Below, piece by piece: positions 1 to 11,850 of a stretch of 64,000 nucleotides of DNA. This DNA is from an uncultured cyanobacterium (GTDB lineage: Bacteria > Cyanobacteriota > Cyanobacteriia > Cyanobacteriales > Nostocaceae). The position numbers were made by a program, and so were the translations under genes. Under the pieces are notes generated by a model that was given only the letters and a program-made list of their open reading frames with translations, was not told where the DNA came from and made no database searches. The stretch is taken from the NCBI GenBank assembly GCA_963706595.1, contig OY970166.1:2752001-2816000 (forward strand). The letters are read 5' to 3'. How positions within the stretch are numbered: position 1 is the stretch's first letter; each line of letters starts with the position of its first letter.

Positions 1-58
1 TAAACTTGGCTCAAAGTTGTCAGAGACTGGTAAACTAGAAAAGCTCTCAGGTTCAATC

Positions 59-582
59 AGAGTTAATGGCTGAATAAAACAAGCCAACAAACGACTCTAA
101 ACCACATTCACTCCTTTAAGCTTGAGAAACCAGGCGAAATCTTAAACTATAGTTTAAGGTGAAAGTAATGTGTTGAGTACGGATACTGGGTGGCAAAAAA
201 CCGCTTAAGTCCCACTACAGCACGGCAGAAGCAAGTTATGGCAGGAAAGCCACCAACAGCACTGCCTCCAGAAAGTGCCTAAGTAATAGCTTGGACGAAA
301 GCATTACTGCACAAAGCGCAAAGCTAGAAAGCATTGCCCTGATTCCAAAAGTTATTTTTTCTGAATGGGAAAAAGCTTGTGGCTGTTCTGGTGACCAAGT
401 GAGTGAAAGTAAACGGATTCACCAAACAGAAAAGACACAACTCGTTGTGTCATGAAATATATGGTGTAGTGTTATCTGCTGCAAATTTCCGTTCGAGCAG
501 CGTCCTCAAAAAAGGTTCGTCCAACCTCAATCGGCACTGATACAAATGTAAAAGTGTCCTCAAGAGTCCGATTCCAACACCA
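59..582 (+). ncRNA. Putative long structured leader RNA upstream of rplC (may begin before the window)
   Basis: No credible ORF. Many complementary segments: 59-64/93-98, 103-108/167-172, 141-158 hairpin, 259-263/274-278, 282-287/303-308, 383-394/419-429, 434-451 hairpin, 462-467/577-582. Confidence 0.45.
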
Positions 583-609
583 GCAAGTATATAAGGAGAA
601 CCAGTTACT

Positions 610-1245
610 GTGTCTGTAGGTATTCTCGGCACCAAACTGGGCATGACCCAAGTCTTTGACGAATCAGGAGTATCCATTCCTGTGACAGTAGTTCAAGCCG
701 GTCCATGCACTGTTACACAAGTTAAAACAAAACAGACCGACGGTTACAGCGCCATCCAACTCGGTTATGGTGAAGTAAAACCCAAGGCGCTGAATAGACC
801 TCTGCTGGGTCACTTGGCAAAATCATCTGCACCAGCTTTGCGTCATTTAAACGAATATCACACAGATAGCCCTAGTGACTATGCTTTAGGTCAAGAACTC
901 AAAGCAGATATTTTTACTGAAGGTCAAATTGTCGATGTAGTCGGTACCAGTATTGGTCGTGGTTTTGCGGGCAACCAAAAGCGCAACAACTTCAGCCGAG
1001 GTCCCATGTCCCATGGTTCAAAAAACCATAGAGCGCCGGGTTCCATTGGTGCAGGTACAACCCCCGGTCGTGTTTATCCCGGTAAACGGATGGCAGGACG
1101 CTTGGGTGGAACCCGCGTGACGATTCGCAAATTGACAGTGGTACGAGTAGACCTCGAACGCAACTTATTGCTAATTAAAGGAGCCATTCCTGGTAAACCG
1201 GGGTCCTTAGTGAATATTCTGCCTGCAAAGAAAGTTGGTAAGTAG
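610..1245 (+). CDS. rplC: 50S ribosomal protein L3
   Basis: [17 protein letters not shown] and PGSIG motifs; GTG start after AAGGAG. Confidence 0.99.
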   Translation: MSVGILGTKLGMTQVFDESGVSIPVTVVQAGPCTVTQVKTKQTDGYSAIQLGYGEVKPKALNRPLLGHLAKSSAPALRHLNEYHTDSPSDYALGQELKADIFTEGQIVDVVGTSIGRGFAGNQKRNNFSRGPMSHGSKNHRAPGSIGAGTTPGRVYPGKRMAGRLGGTRVTIRKLTVVRVDLERNLLLIKGAIPGKPGSLVNILPAKKVGK

Positions 1246-1280
1246 TCATTCAAAGGCAAAAGACACAAAAGGACATAACA

Positions 1281-1919
1281 ATGGTTGAAAGCGTAGTAAA
1301 AAATTGGCAAGGAGAGCAAGTCGGCGAGACGACCTTTGAATTAAGAGTTGCTAAAGAATCAACAGCATCTCATATCGTGCATAGAGCCTTGGTCAGACAA
1401 ATGACCAACTCTCGCCAAGGAACTGCAAGTACAAAAACTCGTTCCGAAGTCAGAGGTGGTGGTCGTAAACCTTGGCGGCAAAAAGGCACCGGTCGCGCTC
1501 GTGCAGGGTCTATTCGTTCACCACTGTGGCGTGGTGGTGGTGTCATCTTTGGACCAAAACCCAGAGACTATAACCAAAAATTAAACCGCAAAGAACGACG
1601 TTTAGCACTGCGAACCGCACTAGTTAGTCGTGCCGACGATTTGATTGTAGTACAAGACTTTAGTAACGAGTTATCCCGCCCCAAGACCAAAGAATTAGTG
1701 GCAGCACTAGCTCGTTGGGGAGCAGCACCAGAAAATAAGGCATTGTTAATTATGCCGGTAATTTCATCTGAGGATAACGTTTATCTGTCAGCCCGCAATA
1801 TCCAAAATTTAAAGTTAATTGCAGCCGACCAGCTAAATGTTTATGATTTGCTGCACGCTGACAAAATTGTGATCACAGCATCAGCTTTAGCTAAAATTCA
1901 GGAGGTCTATAGTGCCTAA
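1281..1919 (+). CDS. rplD: 50S ribosomal protein L4
   Basis: [30 protein letters not shown]. Confidence 0.99.
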   Translation: MVESVVKNWQGEQVGETTFELRVAKESTASHIVHRALVRQMTNSRQGTASTKTRSEVRGGGRKPWRQKGTGRARAGSIRSPLWRGGGVIFGPKPRDYNQKLNRKERRLALRTALVSRADDLIVVQDFSNELSRPKTKELVAALARWGAAPENKALLIMPVISSEDNVYLSARNIQNLKLIAADQLNVYDLLHADKIVITASALAKIQEVYSA

Positions 1920-2226
1920 GTTTGACCCCCGCAATCTTGCCGACTTAGTGCGTCGCCCCATAGTGACTGAAAAGGCGACAATCCTGATGGAGCAAAATAA
2001 ATATACATTTGAAGTGGCTCCCAAGGCCACCAAGCCACAAATAAAAGCGGCAATTGAAGGCTTATTTGAAGTCAAAATTGTCAAAATTAATACCATGATG
2101 CCACCACGCAAACAGCGTCGTGTTGGTAAATTCGTTGGTTACAAACCCCAATACAAGCGAGCTATCGTCACTGTAGCCCCTGGGGATGAAGAGAAAATTA
2201 GACAAGTTCTATTCCCAGAGGTATAA
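1912..2226 (+). CDS. rplW: 50S ribosomal protein L23
   Basis: PIVTEKA and YKRAIVT motifs; operon position. Confidence 0.98.
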   Translation: MPKFDPRNLADLVRRPIVTEKATILMEQNKYTFEVAPKATKPQIKAAIEGLFEVKIVKINTMMPPRKQRRVGKFVGYKPQYKRAIVTVAPGDEEKIRQVLFPEV

Positions 2227-2232
2227 AGCAAA

Positions 2233-3096
2233 ATGGGTACTCGTTCTTATCGTCCTTATACCCCTAGTACACGCCAAGTTACTGTTTCCGACTTTGCCGA
2301 AATTACCAAATCAAAGCCGGAAAAATCTTTAACAGAATACGTGCATCGCCCCAAAGGTCGTAACAACCAAGGGCGCATCACTAGCCGTCGTCGGGGTGGC
2401 GGACACAAACAAATGTACCGGATCATTGACTTTAAACGGGATAAACGTAATATTCCCGCCCAAGTCATAGCCATTGAATATGATCCCAACCGGAATGCGC
2501 GGATTGCCCTGGTGTTATATCAAGATGGCGAAAAGCGTTACATTCTTCACCCCAATAAGTTGCCAGTGGGTGCAACAATTATTGCGGGTCCTGATTCTCC
2601 CTTTGAAGATGGCAATGCTTTGCCACTTTTGAATATTCCCTTGGGTACAAGCGTACACAACGTAGAACTAACACCGGGTAAAGGCGGACAAATTGTCCGG
2701 GCTGCTGGTGCTAACGCTCAAGTTGTAGCCAAAGAAGGTCAGTATGTCACACTGAAATTACCTTCGGGAGAAGTGCGGATGATTCGGCGGGAATGCTACG
2801 CCACCATCGGACAAGTAGGTAACACCGACGCGAGAAACTTGAGTGCGGGTAAAGCCGGACGTAATCGTTGGAAGGGTCGCCGTCCGAAGGTGAGAGGTAG
2901 CGTCATGAACCCCGTGGATCACCCACATGGTGGTGGTGAGGGTAGAGCGCCTATTGGTAGACCAGGCCCTGTAACACCTTGGGGTAAACCTACTTTGGGT
3001 GCGAAGACACGCAAACCCAAGAAAGCCAGCAGCAAATTGATTGTGCGTCGTCGCCGCAAATCTTCTAAACGTGGTCGTGGTGGTCGTCAATCATAG
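2233..3096 (+). CDS. rplB: 50S ribosomal protein L2
   Basis: GRNNQGRIT and [13 protein letters not shown]. Confidence 0.99.
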   Translation: MGTRSYRPYTPSTRQVTVSDFAEITKSKPEKSLTEYVHRPKGRNNQGRITSRRRGGGHKQMYRIIDFKRDKRNIPAQVIAIEYDPNRNARIALVLYQDGEKRYILHPNKLPVGATIIAGPDSPFEDGNALPLLNIPLGTSVHNVELTPGKGGQIVRAAGANAQVVAKEGQYVTLKLPSGEVRMIRRECYATIGQVGNTDARNLSAGKAGRNRWKGRRPKVRGSVMNPVDHPHGGGEGRAPIGRPGPVTPWGKPTLGAKTRKPKKASSKLIVRRRRKSSKRGRGGRQS

Positions 3097-3241
3097 AATT
3101 TGAGATTTTAAATTTTGGATTTTAGATTCGGTTAACTTGTGAGTATCCAGAATTTGTGAAACTTGACCAGAGACCTAATTGATTAAAATCCGAAATTCTC
3201 AAATTTTTAATTCAAAATCTCAAATCCAAAATCCAAAATTG
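3097..3241. repeat. Short tandem heptamer repeats (TTTTGGA/AATCCAA type) arranged as inverted arms between rplB and rpsS
   Basis: ATTTGAGATTTTAAATTTTGGATTTTAGATT on the left; AAAATCTCAAATCCAAAATCCAAAATT on the right. Confidence 0.8.
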
Positions 3242-3245
3242 AATT

Positions 3246-3524
3246 ATGGGTCGTTCTTTAAAAAAAGGGCCTTTTGTGGCCGATCACTTGCTGACCAAGA
3301 TTGAAAAGCTCAACGCTAAAAACGAAAAGCAAGTAATCAAAACTTGGTCGAGAGCTTCGACAATTTTGCCCTTAATGATAGGTCATACCATTGCTGTTCA
3401 CAACGGTCGTCAACACGTTCCGGTTTTTGTGAACGAGCAAATGGTAGGACACAAGTTAGGAGAGTTCGCCCCCACACGTACCTACAGAGGTCATGGGAAG
3501 AGTGATAAAAAAGCAGGGAGATAG
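3246..3524 (+). CDS. rpsS: 30S ribosomal protein S19
   Basis: [11 protein letters not shown] and [11 protein letters not shown]. Confidence 0.99.
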   Translation: MGRSLKKGPFVADHLLTKIEKLNAKNEKQVIKTWSRASTILPLMIGHTIAVHNGRQHVPVFVNEQMVGHKLGEFAPTRTYRGHGKSDKKAGR

Positions 3525-3576
3525 TTATTAGTCATTAGTCATCAGCTAAAGACTAATAATCAGTGACTAATGACTA
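3522..3576. repeat. STRR (TTAGTCA / TGACTAA)
   Basis: Tandem TTAGTCA followed by its inverse TGACTAA. Confidence 0.75.
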
Positions 3577-3588
3577 AAGGAGAAAATT

Positions 3589-3945
3589 ATGGCTATTGAT
3601 ACTACTGAAGTTAAGGCGATCGCTCGTTATATCCGCATCTCTCCCTACAAAGTGCGTCGTGTCCTCGACCAAATTAGAGGGCGTTCTTACCGGGAAGCAC
3701 TAATTATATTGGAATTCATGCCCTATCGAGCCTGTGAACCAATATTGAAGCTTCTCAGAAGTGCCGCCGCTAATGCCGAGCATAATGCTGGTTTAGACCG
3801 GACAAATCTGGTAATTACTCAGGCTTATGCCAATCAAGGTCCAGTGCTAAAACGGTTTCAACCCAGAGCGCAAGGGCGAGCTTACCAAATTCGCAAGCCA
3901 ACGTGTCATATCACTGTGGCTGTAGCTGATGCTACTGCTGAATAA
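3589..3945 (+). CDS. rplV: 50S ribosomal protein L22
   Basis: [10 protein letters not shown] and PRAQGRA. Confidence 0.99.
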   Translation: MAIDTTEVKAIARYIRISPYKVRRVLDQIRGRSYREALIILEFMPYRACEPILKLLRSAAANAEHNAGLDRTNLVITQAYANQGPVLKRFQPRAQGRAYQIRKPTCHITVAVADATAE

Positions 3946-3996
3946 TTATCAAACCCGAAAAATTGCGTAAAGTCAGAAATTTTAGAGGAAGCATTT

Positions 3997-4773
3997 GTGG
4001 GACAGAAGATTCATCCAGTTGGTTTTCGCCTGGGTATTACGCGTGAGCATCAATCTCGTTGGTTTGCAATTCCTGAGCGCTATCCAGAACTTTTACAAGA
4101 AGACTACAAACTGCGTCAGTATATAGAACAAAAGCTGGGTAAACTGGCTCAAAACAACGCCGGGATTTCCGAAGTCAGAATTGAGCGCAAAGCCGACCAA
4201 ATTGACTTAGAAGTACGCACAGCTAGACCAGGTGTAGTTGTCGGTCGTGGTGGACAAGGTATTGAATCACTGCGGATTGGACTACAAGAAGTGCTGGGTG
4301 GTAATCGCCAAATTCGCATCAACGTAGTCGAAGTTCAAAAAGTTGATGCTGATGCTTCCCTGATTGGCGAATACATTGCTCAACAGTTGGAACGACGTGT
4401 TTCGTTTCGGCGGGTAGTACGCCAAGCCATTCAGCGCGCTCAACGTGCTGGTGTTCAAGGCATTAAAATTCAAGTCAGTGGTCGGCTCAACGGTGCAGAA
4501 ATTGCCCGGACAGAGTGGACTCGTGAAGGTAGAGTACCTTTACATACCTTACGGGCTGATATTGACTACGCTTACTGCACAGCCAAAACAATTTACGGGA
4601 TTCTGGGCATCAAAGTATGGGTGTTCAAGGGAGAAATTATCCCCGGACAGGAAGAAACTCCAGCCCCACCCAGTACACGCGATCGCGGCGACCGAGATCG
4701 CGAACGTGAACCTCGTCGTCGTCAACAACAACGCCGTCGTCAGCAATTTGAAGACCGTTCTAATGAAGGATAG
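3997..4773 (+). CDS. rpsC: 30S ribosomal protein S3
   Basis: [13 protein letters not shown] and [13 protein letters not shown]. Confidence 0.99.
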   Translation: MGQKIHPVGFRLGITREHQSRWFAIPERYPELLQEDYKLRQYIEQKLGKLAQNNAGISEVRIERKADQIDLEVRTARPGVVVGRGGQGIESLRIGLQEVLGGNRQIRINVVEVQKVDADASLIGEYIAQQLERRVSFRRVVRQAIQRAQRAGVQGIKIQVSGRLNGAEIARTEWTREGRVPLHTLRADIDYAYCTAKTIYGILGIKVWVFKGEIIPGQEETPAPPSTRDRGDRDREREPRRRQQQRRRQQFEDRSNEG

Positions 4774-4848
4774 TCATTAGTCATTAGTCCTGAGTCCTAA
4801 GTAAGACAAATGACCAATGACCAATGACCAATTACCAATGACAAATGA
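4771..4848. repeat. STRR (TAGTCAT / AATGACC inverted arms)
   Basis: TAGTCATTAGTCATTAGTCC ... AATGACCAATGACCAATGACC. Confidence 0.8.
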
Positions 4849-4854
4849 CGAACC

Positions 4855-5280
4855 ATGTTAAGTCCTAGAAGAACTAAATTCCGCAAACAACAGCGCGGAC
4901 GGATGCAAGGCCTAGCTACCCGTGGCTGCAACATTGATTTTGGTGATTTTGCCCTGCAAGCTCAAGAACCATCTTGGATTACCGCCCGGCAAATTGAGGC
5001 CTCCCGTCGAGCAATGACCCGTTATATTCGCCGGGGTGGACAAATCTGGATTCGGATTTTTCCAGACAAACCAATCACCATGCGCGCAGCTGAAACCCGG
5101 ATGGGTTCTGGTAAAGGTAATCCAGAATATTGGGTAGCCGTAGTCAAGCCAGGACGCATTATGTTTGAAATCGCTGGTGTTACTGAAGAAATCGCTCGTG
5201 AAGCGATGCGTTTGGCGGCAAACAAGCTACCGATTAAAACTAAGTTTATTGTGCGTTCTCAACCAAAGGAGCAGGAGTAG
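4855..5280 (+). CDS. rplP: 50S ribosomal protein L16
   Basis: [15 protein letters not shown] and RMGSGKG. Confidence 0.99.
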   Translation: MLSPRRTKFRKQQRGRMQGLATRGCNIDFGDFALQAQEPSWITARQIEASRRAMTRYIRRGGQIWIRIFPDKPITMRAAETRMGSGKGNPEYWVAVVKPGRIMFEIAGVTEEIAREAMRLAANKLPIKTKFIVRSQPKEQE

Positions 5281-5283
5281 GTT

Positions 5284-5499
5284 ATGCCTCTTCCCAAGAT
5301 TTCAGAAGCTAGAGAATTCAGCGACGAGCAGCTGGTTGAGGAAATTCTCGCTGTTAAAAAACAACTGTTTCAGTTGCGCTTGCAAAAAGCGACAAGACAA
5401 CTAGAAAAACCTCACCAGTTCCGACACGCCCGACATCGCCTATCCCAATTGCTGACTGTCGAGACTGAACGTAAGCACAGCAGCAAGTCAACCGACTAA
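5284..5499 (+). CDS. rpmC: 50S ribosomal protein L29
   Basis: LFQLRLQKAT; operon position. Confidence 0.97.
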   Translation: MPLPKISEAREFSDEQLVEEILAVKKQLFQLRLQKATRQLEKPHQFRHARHRLSQLLTVETERKHSSKSTD

Positions 5500-5518
5500 A
5501 GAAAAACAATAGGAGATT

Positions 5519-5770
5519 ATGGCAATCAAAGAACGAGTCGGCTTGGTAGTGAGCGACAAAATGCAAAAAACTGTAGTAGTTGCTATAGAAAATCGCTCTC
5601 CCCACCCCAAGTACGGCAAAATCATGGTTAAAACTCGTCGTTATAAAGTCCACGACGAAGAGAATCAATGCAAAGTCGGCGATCGCGTGCGGATTCAAGA
5701 AACTAGACCTTTGAGTAAAACCAAACGCTGGCAAGTCAAAGACATCTTGAACACTAAAGCCACAATGTAA
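5519..5770 (+). CDS. rpsQ: 30S ribosomal protein S17
   Basis: [14 protein letters not shown] and [11 protein letters not shown]. Confidence 0.99.
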   Translation: MAIKERVGLVVSDKMQKTVVVAIENRSPHPKYGKIMVKTRRYKVHDEENQCKVGDRVRIQETRPLSKTKRWQVKDILNTKATM

Positions 5771-5812
5771 CCCTGGTTACACGAATAAATCAGGATAAAA
5801 GGGAGACTAATT

Positions 5813-6181
5813 GTGATTCAAACCCAGACTTACCTGAATGTCGCAGATAATAGCGGTGCAAAAAAAATTATGTGCATCCGTGTATTAGGTGGTGGCAACA
5901 GACGTTATGGTTTCATCGGCGATAGAATTATTGCCGTTGTTAAAGATGCCATTCCTAACATGGCTGTGAAAAAGTCAGATGTGATCGAAGCAGTGATTGT
6001 TCGCACCCGTCATAGCATCCGCCGTGATAGTGGTATGACCATTCGCTTTGACGATAACGCTGCCGTGATCATCAACAAAGATGGTAATCCCAGAGGTACA
6101 CGGGTTTTTGGCCCAGTTGCCCGCGAATTACGTGAAAAAAGCTTCACTAAAATTGTTTCTCTGGCTCCGGAGGTACTGTAA
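5813..6181 (+). CDS. rplN: 50S ribosomal protein L14
   Basis: VADNSGAK and FDDNAAVII. Confidence 0.99.
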   Translation: MIQTQTYLNVADNSGAKKIMCIRVLGGGNRRYGFIGDRIIAVVKDAIPNMAVKKSDVIEAVIVRTRHSIRRDSGMTIRFDDNAAVIINKDGNPRGTRVFGPVARELREKSFTKIVSLAPEVL

Positions 6182-6534
6182 TGGCAAACCGCAAGGAAAA
6201 GCCGAAAGTATTTTATAAAATGCACGTCAAAACTGGTGATACCGTGCAAGTAATTGCAGGTAAAGACAAAGGCAAAGTTGGGGAAATAGTCCAAGCACTA
6301 CCCCAATTGAGCAAAGTCATTATCAAAGGTGTCAACATGAAGACTAAGCACGTGAAACCCCAGCAAGAAGGGGAATCAGGTAAAATCGTCACCCAGGAAT
6401 TTCCCATCCATAGTTCCAACGTGATGCTATACTCCAGCAAGCAAAACGTCACCAGTCGTGTTTGTTACACCTTCACCGCAGAAGGTAAAAAAGTGAGAAT
6501 GCTGAAGAAAACAGGTGAAATTCTCAACAACTAG
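6181..6534 (+). CDS. rplX: 50S ribosomal protein L24
   Basis: KOW motif [16 protein letters not shown]. Confidence 0.99.
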   Translation: MANRKEKPKVFYKMHVKTGDTVQVIAGKDKGKVGEIVQALPQLSKVIIKGVNMKTKHVKPQQEGESGKIVTQEFPIHSSNVMLYSSKQNVTSRVCYTFTAEGKKVRMLKKTGEILNN

Positions 6535-6591
6535 AGAATTAGACCTTAAAAAAGTTTCCCTGACCAAGCCCAGGGATAAGGACAAGAAAGT

Positions 6592-7140
6592 ATGCCGACA
6601 ACCAGACTGAAAAACTTATACCAAGAGACAATCGTCCCTAAACTGACTAATCAGTTTCAATACACCAATGTACATCAAGTACCAAAGGTGATTAAGATTA
6701 CGATTAACCGAGGTTTAGGCGAAGCGGCTCAAAATGCTAAGTCGCTAGAAGCGTCTTTAAATGAAATTGCGGTAATCACTGGTCAAAAACCAGTAGTGAC
6801 GCGGGCGAAAAAGGCGATCGCTGGCTTTAAAATTCGTGAGGGGATGCCCGTAGGCATTATGGTAACTCTCCGAGGCGAACGAATGTATGCTTTTCTTGAC
6901 AGATTAATTAGCCTATCATTACCCAGAATTAGAGACTTTCGGGGCATTAGTCCGAAAAGTTTTGACGGACGTGGTAACTACACTCTGGGTGTGAGAGAAC
7001 AGCTAATTTTTCCAGAAGTCGAGTACGACAGTATCGATCAAATCCGTGGTATGGATATTTCCATCATCACAACAGCGAAAAACGACGAAGAGGGTCGCGC
7101 CTTACTAAAAGAAATGGGAATGCCCTTTCGCGATCAATAA
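6592..7140 (+). CDS. rplE: 50S ribosomal protein L5
   Basis: [13 protein letters not shown] and [10 protein letters not shown]. Confidence 0.99.
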   Translation: MPTTRLKNLYQETIVPKLTNQFQYTNVHQVPKVIKITINRGLGEAAQNAKSLEASLNEIAVITGQKPVVTRAKKAIAGFKIREGMPVGIMVTLRGERMYAFLDRLISLSLPRIRDFRGISPKSFDGRGNYTLGVREQLIFPEVEYDSIDQIRGMDISIITTAKNDEEGRALLKEMGMPFRDQ

Positions 7141-7160
7141 GTTCATCTAAAGAGGGAACG

Positions 7161-7562
7161 ATGGCGGCTAACGATACAGTTGCAGATATGCTGACGCGCA
7201 TCCGCAATGCCAACCTGGCAAGGCATCAAACAACACAAGTGCCAGCCACAAAAATGACTCGTAGTATTGCCAAAGTACTACAAGAGGAAGGTTTTGTTGC
7301 TGAAATTGCGGAAGCAGAAGAAGGGATTCAGAGGAATCTCGTGATTTCCCTGAAATACAAGGGTAAAAATCGTCAACCTTTAATCACCGCCTTGAAGCGA
7401 GTGAGTAAACCAGGTTTGCGCGTTTACTCCACTAGAAAAGAATTACCAAGGGTACTAGGTGGTATCGGCATTGCCATTATTTCTACATCCAGTGGCATCA
7501 TGACTGACCGGGAAGCCCGTCGTCAGAGCTTGGGTGGTGAAGTACTTTGCTATGTTTGGTAG
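7161..7562 (+). CDS. rpsH: 30S ribosomal protein S8
   Basis: [10 protein letters not shown] and SKPGLRVY. Confidence 0.99.
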   Translation: MAANDTVADMLTRIRNANLARHQTTQVPATKMTRSIAKVLQEEGFVAEIAEAEEGIQRNLVISLKYKGKNRQPLITALKRVSKPGLRVYSTRKELPRVLGGIGIAIISTSSGIMTDREARRQSLGGEVLCYVW

Positions 7563-7567
7563 TCTTA

Positions 7568-7590
7568 GCCCTTCGACTACGCTCAGGGTG
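7568..7590. repeat. Small dispersed repeat (SDR-like) CCCTTCGACTACGCTCAGGG
   Basis: Short hairpin-type repeat resembling those common in Nostocales intergenic DNA. Confidence 0.5.
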
Positions 7591-7631
7591 AATCCTTAGC
7601 GCTCAGGACTCAAGATAAAGGACAAAAAATC

Positions 7632-8180
7632 ATGTCTCGTATTGGTAAACAACCAATTACTATTCCCGCCAAAGTGGAAGTGACAATTGATGGACCCAAA
7701 GTTTTGGTGAAAGGCCCTAAAGGGCAACTTTCTCGCACTTTGTCTGCCAACGTCATTGTCTCCCAAGAAGGGGAAATATTAAATGTCACCCGTCGTGATG
7801 AGACCCGTGTCTCTCGGCAAATGCACGGTTTAAGCCGTACCTTGGTCGCTAACATGGTCGAGGGAGTTTCCCAAGGCTTTAAGCGTCGCCTGGAAATTCA
7901 AGGTGTAGGTTATCGCGCCCAACTTCAAGGACGTAACCTAGTTTTGAATATTGGTTACAGCCATCAAGTGCATATTGTGCCACCAGACGGAGTTGAGTTT
8001 GTTGTAGAAACTAACACAAACATCGTCGTCAGTGGTTACGACAAAGAAATAGTAGGTAACACAGCAGCGAAGATCCGCGCCGTTCGTCCCCCAGAACCAT
8101 ACAAAGGTAAAGGGATTCGTTATGCCGGTGAAGTGGTCAGACGCAAGGCTGGTAAGACTGGTAAGAGTGGTAAGAAGTAA
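7632..8180 (+). CDS. rplF: 50S ribosomal protein L6
   Basis: MSRIGKQPI and [11 protein letters not shown]. Confidence 0.99.
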   Translation: MSRIGKQPITIPAKVEVTIDGPKVLVKGPKGQLSRTLSANVIVSQEGEILNVTRRDETRVSRQMHGLSRTLVANMVEGVSQGFKRRLEIQGVGYRAQLQGRNLVLNIGYSHQVHIVPPDGVEFVVETNTNIVVSGYDKEIVGNTAAKIRAVRPPEPYKGKGIRYAGEVVRRKAGKTGKSGKK

Positions 8181-8182
8181 AA

Positions 8183-8545
8183 ATGAAACTTACTCGTAGA
8201 GAATCAAAACAGCGTCGCCATCGGCGCGTTCGTGGTAAAGTTCAAGGCTCGGCAGAACGTCCGCGTTTAGCCGTGTTTCGTTCCAACGAACATATTTACG
8301 CTCAAGTAATTGACGATACTCAGCATCACACATTAGTAGCAGCCTCGACGCTGGAACCAGAGTTGAAATCTAATTCAGCTACAGGTGCTACTTGTGACGC
8401 ATCAGCGCAAGTCGGCAAGTTGATAGCAGTGCGATTGTTAGAAAAAGGCATTACCCAAGTAGTCTTTGATCGCGGTGGCAACTTATATCATGGTCGTGTC
8501 AAAGCCCTCGCTGATGCAGCCCGCGAAGCTGGTTTAGATTTCTAA
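8183..8545 (+). CDS. rplR: 50S ribosomal protein L18
   Basis: [10 protein letters not shown] and [12 protein letters not shown]. Confidence 0.99.
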   Translation: MKLTRRESKQRRHRRVRGKVQGSAERPRLAVFRSNEHIYAQVIDDTQHHTLVAASTLEPELKSNSATGATCDASAQVGKLIAVRLLEKGITQVVFDRGGNLYHGRVKALADAAREAGLDF

Positions 8546-8630
8546 AGTCATTAGTCATTAGTCATTGGTCATTAGTCATTGGCTAAGGACAAAAGACAAA
8601 TGACAAAGGACAAAAGACAACTGACTAATA
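8546..8630. repeat. STRR (TTAGTCA/TTGGTCA x5 plus GACAAA repeats)
   Basis: GTCATTAGTCATTAGTCATTGGTCATTAGTCATTGG. Confidence 0.85.
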
Positions 8631-8644
8631 GAGAGCATTTGATT

Positions 8645-9169
8645 ATGGCAACTGGTCGTCGTAAAGCGAACCGCACAAAAAAAGAAGAAACTACCTGGCA
8701 AGAGCGAGTCATCCAAATCCGCCGGGTGAGCAAGGTCGTCAAGGGAGGTAAAAAACTTAGCTTCCGGGCGATTGTGGTCGTCGGTAATGAACGGGGTCAA
8801 GTTGGTGTCGGAGTAGGCAAAGCTTCAGATGTCATCGGTGCTGTTAAAAAAGGCGTAGCCGATGGCAAAAAACATCTGATTGACATCCCTATGACCAAAT
8901 CTAACTCCATTCCTCATCCTATTGATGGTGTGGGTGGCGGTGCTAAGGTGATGATGCGTCCTGCTGCCCCTGGTACTGGGGTAATTGCTGGTGGTGCGGT
9001 TCGGACTGTCTTGGAATTGGCAGGAGTTCGTAACATCTTGGCCAAGCAACTTGGTTCCAACAATCCACTCAACAATGCTAGAGCCGCAGTGAATGCCTTA
9101 TCTACACTACGTACTCTTTCGGAAGTGGCTGAAGACCGGGGTATTCCTATTGAAAAACTCTACATTTAG
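8645..9169 (+). CDS. rpsE: 30S ribosomal protein S5
   Basis: [10 protein letters not shown] and PGTGVIAGG; start moved to ATG 8645 because the upstream extension is repeat-derived. Confidence 0.98.
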   Translation: MATGRRKANRTKKEETTWQERVIQIRRVSKVVKGGKKLSFRAIVVVGNERGQVGVGVGKASDVIGAVKKGVADGKKHLIDIPMTKSNSIPHPIDGVGGGAKVMMRPAAPGTGVIAGGAVRTVLELAGVRNILAKQLGSNNPLNNARAAVNALSTLRTLSEVAEDRGIPIEKLYI

Positions 9170-9185
9170 AATGGTTGACGGTTGT

Positions 9186-9230
9186 CACTCAACAGTCATC
9201 ACTCAACAGTGAACAGTCAGTCAATAGTGA
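9186..9230. repeat. STRR (CAACAGT type)
   Basis: CACTCAACAGTCATCACTCAACAGTGAACAGT. Confidence 0.65.
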
Positions 9231-9256
9231 ACGTGTAAACAATTACTAATTACATC

Positions 9257-9700
9257 ATGAGACTCAACGATGTTAAGCCCCAAAAAGGTTCAAAGAAACG
9301 CCGCCGCCGCGTAGCTAGGGGTATTTCCGCAGGTCAAGGCGCTAGCGCTGGTTTAGGGATGAGAGGTCAAAAATCTCGTTCTGGTAGTGGTACCAGACCT
9401 GGTTTTGAAGGTGGTCAACAACCATTGTACCGCCGAGTACCTAAGCTCAAGGGCTTTCCAGTGGTGAATCGGAAAGTTTACACTACGATTAATGTAGAGA
9501 AACTAGCTTCCCTTCCTGCTGATACAGAAGTAACTTTGGCTTCCCTCAGAGAGGCAGGAATTTTAACTGCTGCTAAAGGTCCATTGAAAGTTTTGGGCAA
9601 CGGCGAATTGAATGTATCCCTAAAGGTACAAGCAGCAGCTTTTACAGGACAAGCTCGGAGCAAAATTGAAGCAGCTGGTGGTAGTTGCGAAGTTTTATAA
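9257..9700 (+). CDS. rplO: 50S ribosomal protein L15
   Basis: [15 protein letters not shown]. Confidence 0.99.
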   Translation: MRLNDVKPQKGSKKRRRRVARGISAGQGASAGLGMRGQKSRSGSGTRPGFEGGQQPLYRRVPKLKGFPVVNRKVYTTINVEKLASLPADTEVTLASLREAGILTAAKGPLKVLGNGELNVSLKVQAAAFTGQARSKIEAAGGSCEVL

Positions 9701-9771
9701 GTGAGCCGGAAAAGCGCACTTTGCAAGCTAACTCGCTGCCAGCGCCTGGTTCACTATAGAGGTAGCATTCT

Positions 9772-11085
9772 ATGATCAGTCGAGAAAAAGCCCCAACGGC
9801 TCAAGAAACTTTTATGCAGATGGCGCAAGCAGCTGGCCTCAGAGGTAGGCTGCTTGTTACCGTCGGTATTTTAATTTTGGTTCGCCTCGGTATATTTTTG
9901 CCAGTCCCTGGTCTTGATCGAGTCAGGTTTGCTGAAGCAATAGCTGGTAATAATGCCGTATTTGGTTTATTGGATATATTTTCTGGACGAGGACTTTCCA
10001 CTTTGGGAATCTTCGCTTTGGGGATTTTACCCTTTATTAATGCGTCCATTATTATCCAATTACTCACGTCGGCAATTCCATCTTTAGAAAATTTACAGAA
10101 AAATGAAGGTGAGCAAGGTCGGCGGAAAATTTCGCAAATCACACGCTACGTAACTGTAGTATGGGCGACTATTCAAAGTGTGGCTTTTTCGGCAATTTTC
10201 CTCAATCAATTTGCTCTGAATCCAGGTGCAGCATTTGTGGCGGAAACAGCGATCGCTCTCACGGCTGGTTCGATGTTTGTCATGTGGGCATCAGAACTGA
10301 TTACAGAACGGGGACTTGGTAATGGTGCATCATTGTTGATTTTTGTCAACATTGTGGCTTCGTTACCTAAAGCTTTAGGCGATACCATTGACTTGGTGCA
10401 AGTCGGCGGTAGAGAAACCATTGGTCGCGTCATCGTTCTGATCTTGGTATTCCTAGCGACAATTGTGGGGATTGTTTTCGTTCAAGAAGGCATCCGTCGC
10501 ATCCCGATTATTTCGGCTCGTCGCCAAGTAGGTCGCAGAGTATTAGCAGAACAACGCAGTTATTTACCCTTGCGGCTGAATGCTGGGGGTGTAATGCCGA
10601 TTATTTTTGCGGCGGCCATTTTGAGTCTGCCACTGTTAATCGCTAATTTCACTAAAAATCCCGAAATAGCCAACATTGTCAATACTTATCTCAGTCCTGG
10701 GGGTTCTGGGGCTTGGGTTTATGCTCTAGTCTACTTGGTGTCCATTATTTTCTTCAGTTACTTCTATTCTTCCTTGATTGTTAACCCAGTTGATGTAGCG
10801 CAGAACTTGAAGAAAATGGGGTCTAGCATTCCCGGTATTCGTCCCGGAAAAGCTACCAGTGAGTATCTGGAGCGTGTGATCAATCGACTAACTTTTTTAG
10901 GTGCGATATTTTTGGGATTTGTGGCTATTATCCCCACGGCTGTGGAAAGTGCTTTAGGAGTCCCAACCTTTAGAGGATTGGGTGCTACTTCTTTGCTGAT
11001 TCTCGTGGGTGTAGCAATTGATACGGCTAAACAAGTCCAAACTTACGTTATCTCTCAGCGTTATGAAGGAATGGTGAAACAATAG
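9772..11085 (+). CDS. secY: Preprotein translocase subunit SecY
   Basis: IFALGILPFINASII, GLGNGASL and PGIRPG. Confidence 0.99.
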   Translation: MISREKAPTAQETFMQMAQAAGLRGRLLVTVGILILVRLGIFLPVPGLDRVRFAEAIAGNNAVFGLLDIFSGRGLSTLGIFALGILPFINASIIIQLLTSAIPSLENLQKNEGEQGRRKISQITRYVTVVWATIQSVAFSAIFLNQFALNPGAAFVAETAIALTAGSMFVMWASELITERGLGNGASLLIFVNIVASLPKALGDTIDLVQVGGRETIGRVIVLILVFLATIVGIVFVQEGIRRIPIISARRQVGRRVLAEQRSYLPLRLNAGGVMPIIFAAAILSLPLLIANFTKNPEIANIVNTYLSPGGSGAWVYALVYLVSIIFFSYFYSSLIVNPVDVAQNLKKMGSSIPGIRPGKATSEYLERVINRLTFLGAIFLGFVAIIPTAVESALGVPTFRGLGATSLLILVGVAIDTAKQVQTYVISQRYEGMVKQ

Positions 11086-11645
11086 TGACAGTGACTCGAT
11101 TAATTTTCTTGGGACCACCCGGATCTGGTAAAGGAACTCAAGCTCAAGTTTTGGCGGAAAGCTTGAATATTCCCCATATTTCTACAGGGGAAATATTAAG
11201 GCAAGCTATGCAGGAGCAAACTCCTTTGGGAATTAAGGCTCAAAGTTATGTAAATAGCGGCGATTTAGTTCCCGACCAGTTAGTGCAGGACTTAGTACAG
11301 GAGCGTCTTAGTCAACCAGATGTGAAATCTGGCTGGATTCTTGATGGTTTTCCTCGCAAAGTCACACAAGCAGTTTTTCTGGAAGAATTACTGGCAGAAA
11401 TTAATCAGGGTGGCGAAAGGGTAGTTAATCTTGATGCTCCAGATGATGTTGTGGTAGCACGTTTACTCGATAGAGGACGAAAAGATGATACCGAAGCGGT
11501 AATTCGTCATCGTTTAGACGTTTATCGGGCTGAAACTGCGCCATTGATTGATTATTATGGCGATCGCCATAACTTGATCACAGTCAATGGCGATCAGTCC
11601 CAAGAAGAAGTCACTCACGAATTGCAAAAAATCGTCACTTCATAG
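11085..11645 (+). CDS. adk: Adenylate kinase
   Basis: GPPGSGKGTQA and LDGFPR. Confidence 0.98.
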   Translation: MTVTRLIFLGPPGSGKGTQAQVLAESLNIPHISTGEILRQAMQEQTPLGIKAQSYVNSGDLVPDQLVQDLVQERLSQPDVKSGWILDGFPRKVTQAVFLEELLAEINQGGERVVNLDAPDDVVVARLLDRGRKDDTEAVIRHRLDVYRAETAPLIDYYGDRHNLITVNGDQSQEEVTHELQKIVTS

Positions 11646-11686
11646 ACTGAGTAGGTTTTGTCAAAATCACCATTTACTCCCCAGTA

Positions 11687-11708
11687 CAGACGCGATCAAT
11701 CGCGTCTC
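11687..11708. repeat. Palindromic repeat AGACGCGAT-CA-ATCGCGTCT
   Basis: Perfect 9-bp arms downstream of adk. Confidence 0.65.
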
Positions 11709-11850
11709 TCTCCCACAAGGGCAAGATGCGGGCCAATTTTAGCTAAGATATATTAATAAACTGTTGATATATTTCTCAAAATATGTTCTTTTGCAGATGA
11801 AGTGCTGCAACTGAATCAATAGGAGATTGTTGCATTGAGGAAAAAACAAA

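Noticed and set aside
8579..8644. N-terminal extension of S5 ([12 protein letters not shown])
   Set aside because: It is translated STRR repeat sequence; the true start is ATG 8645
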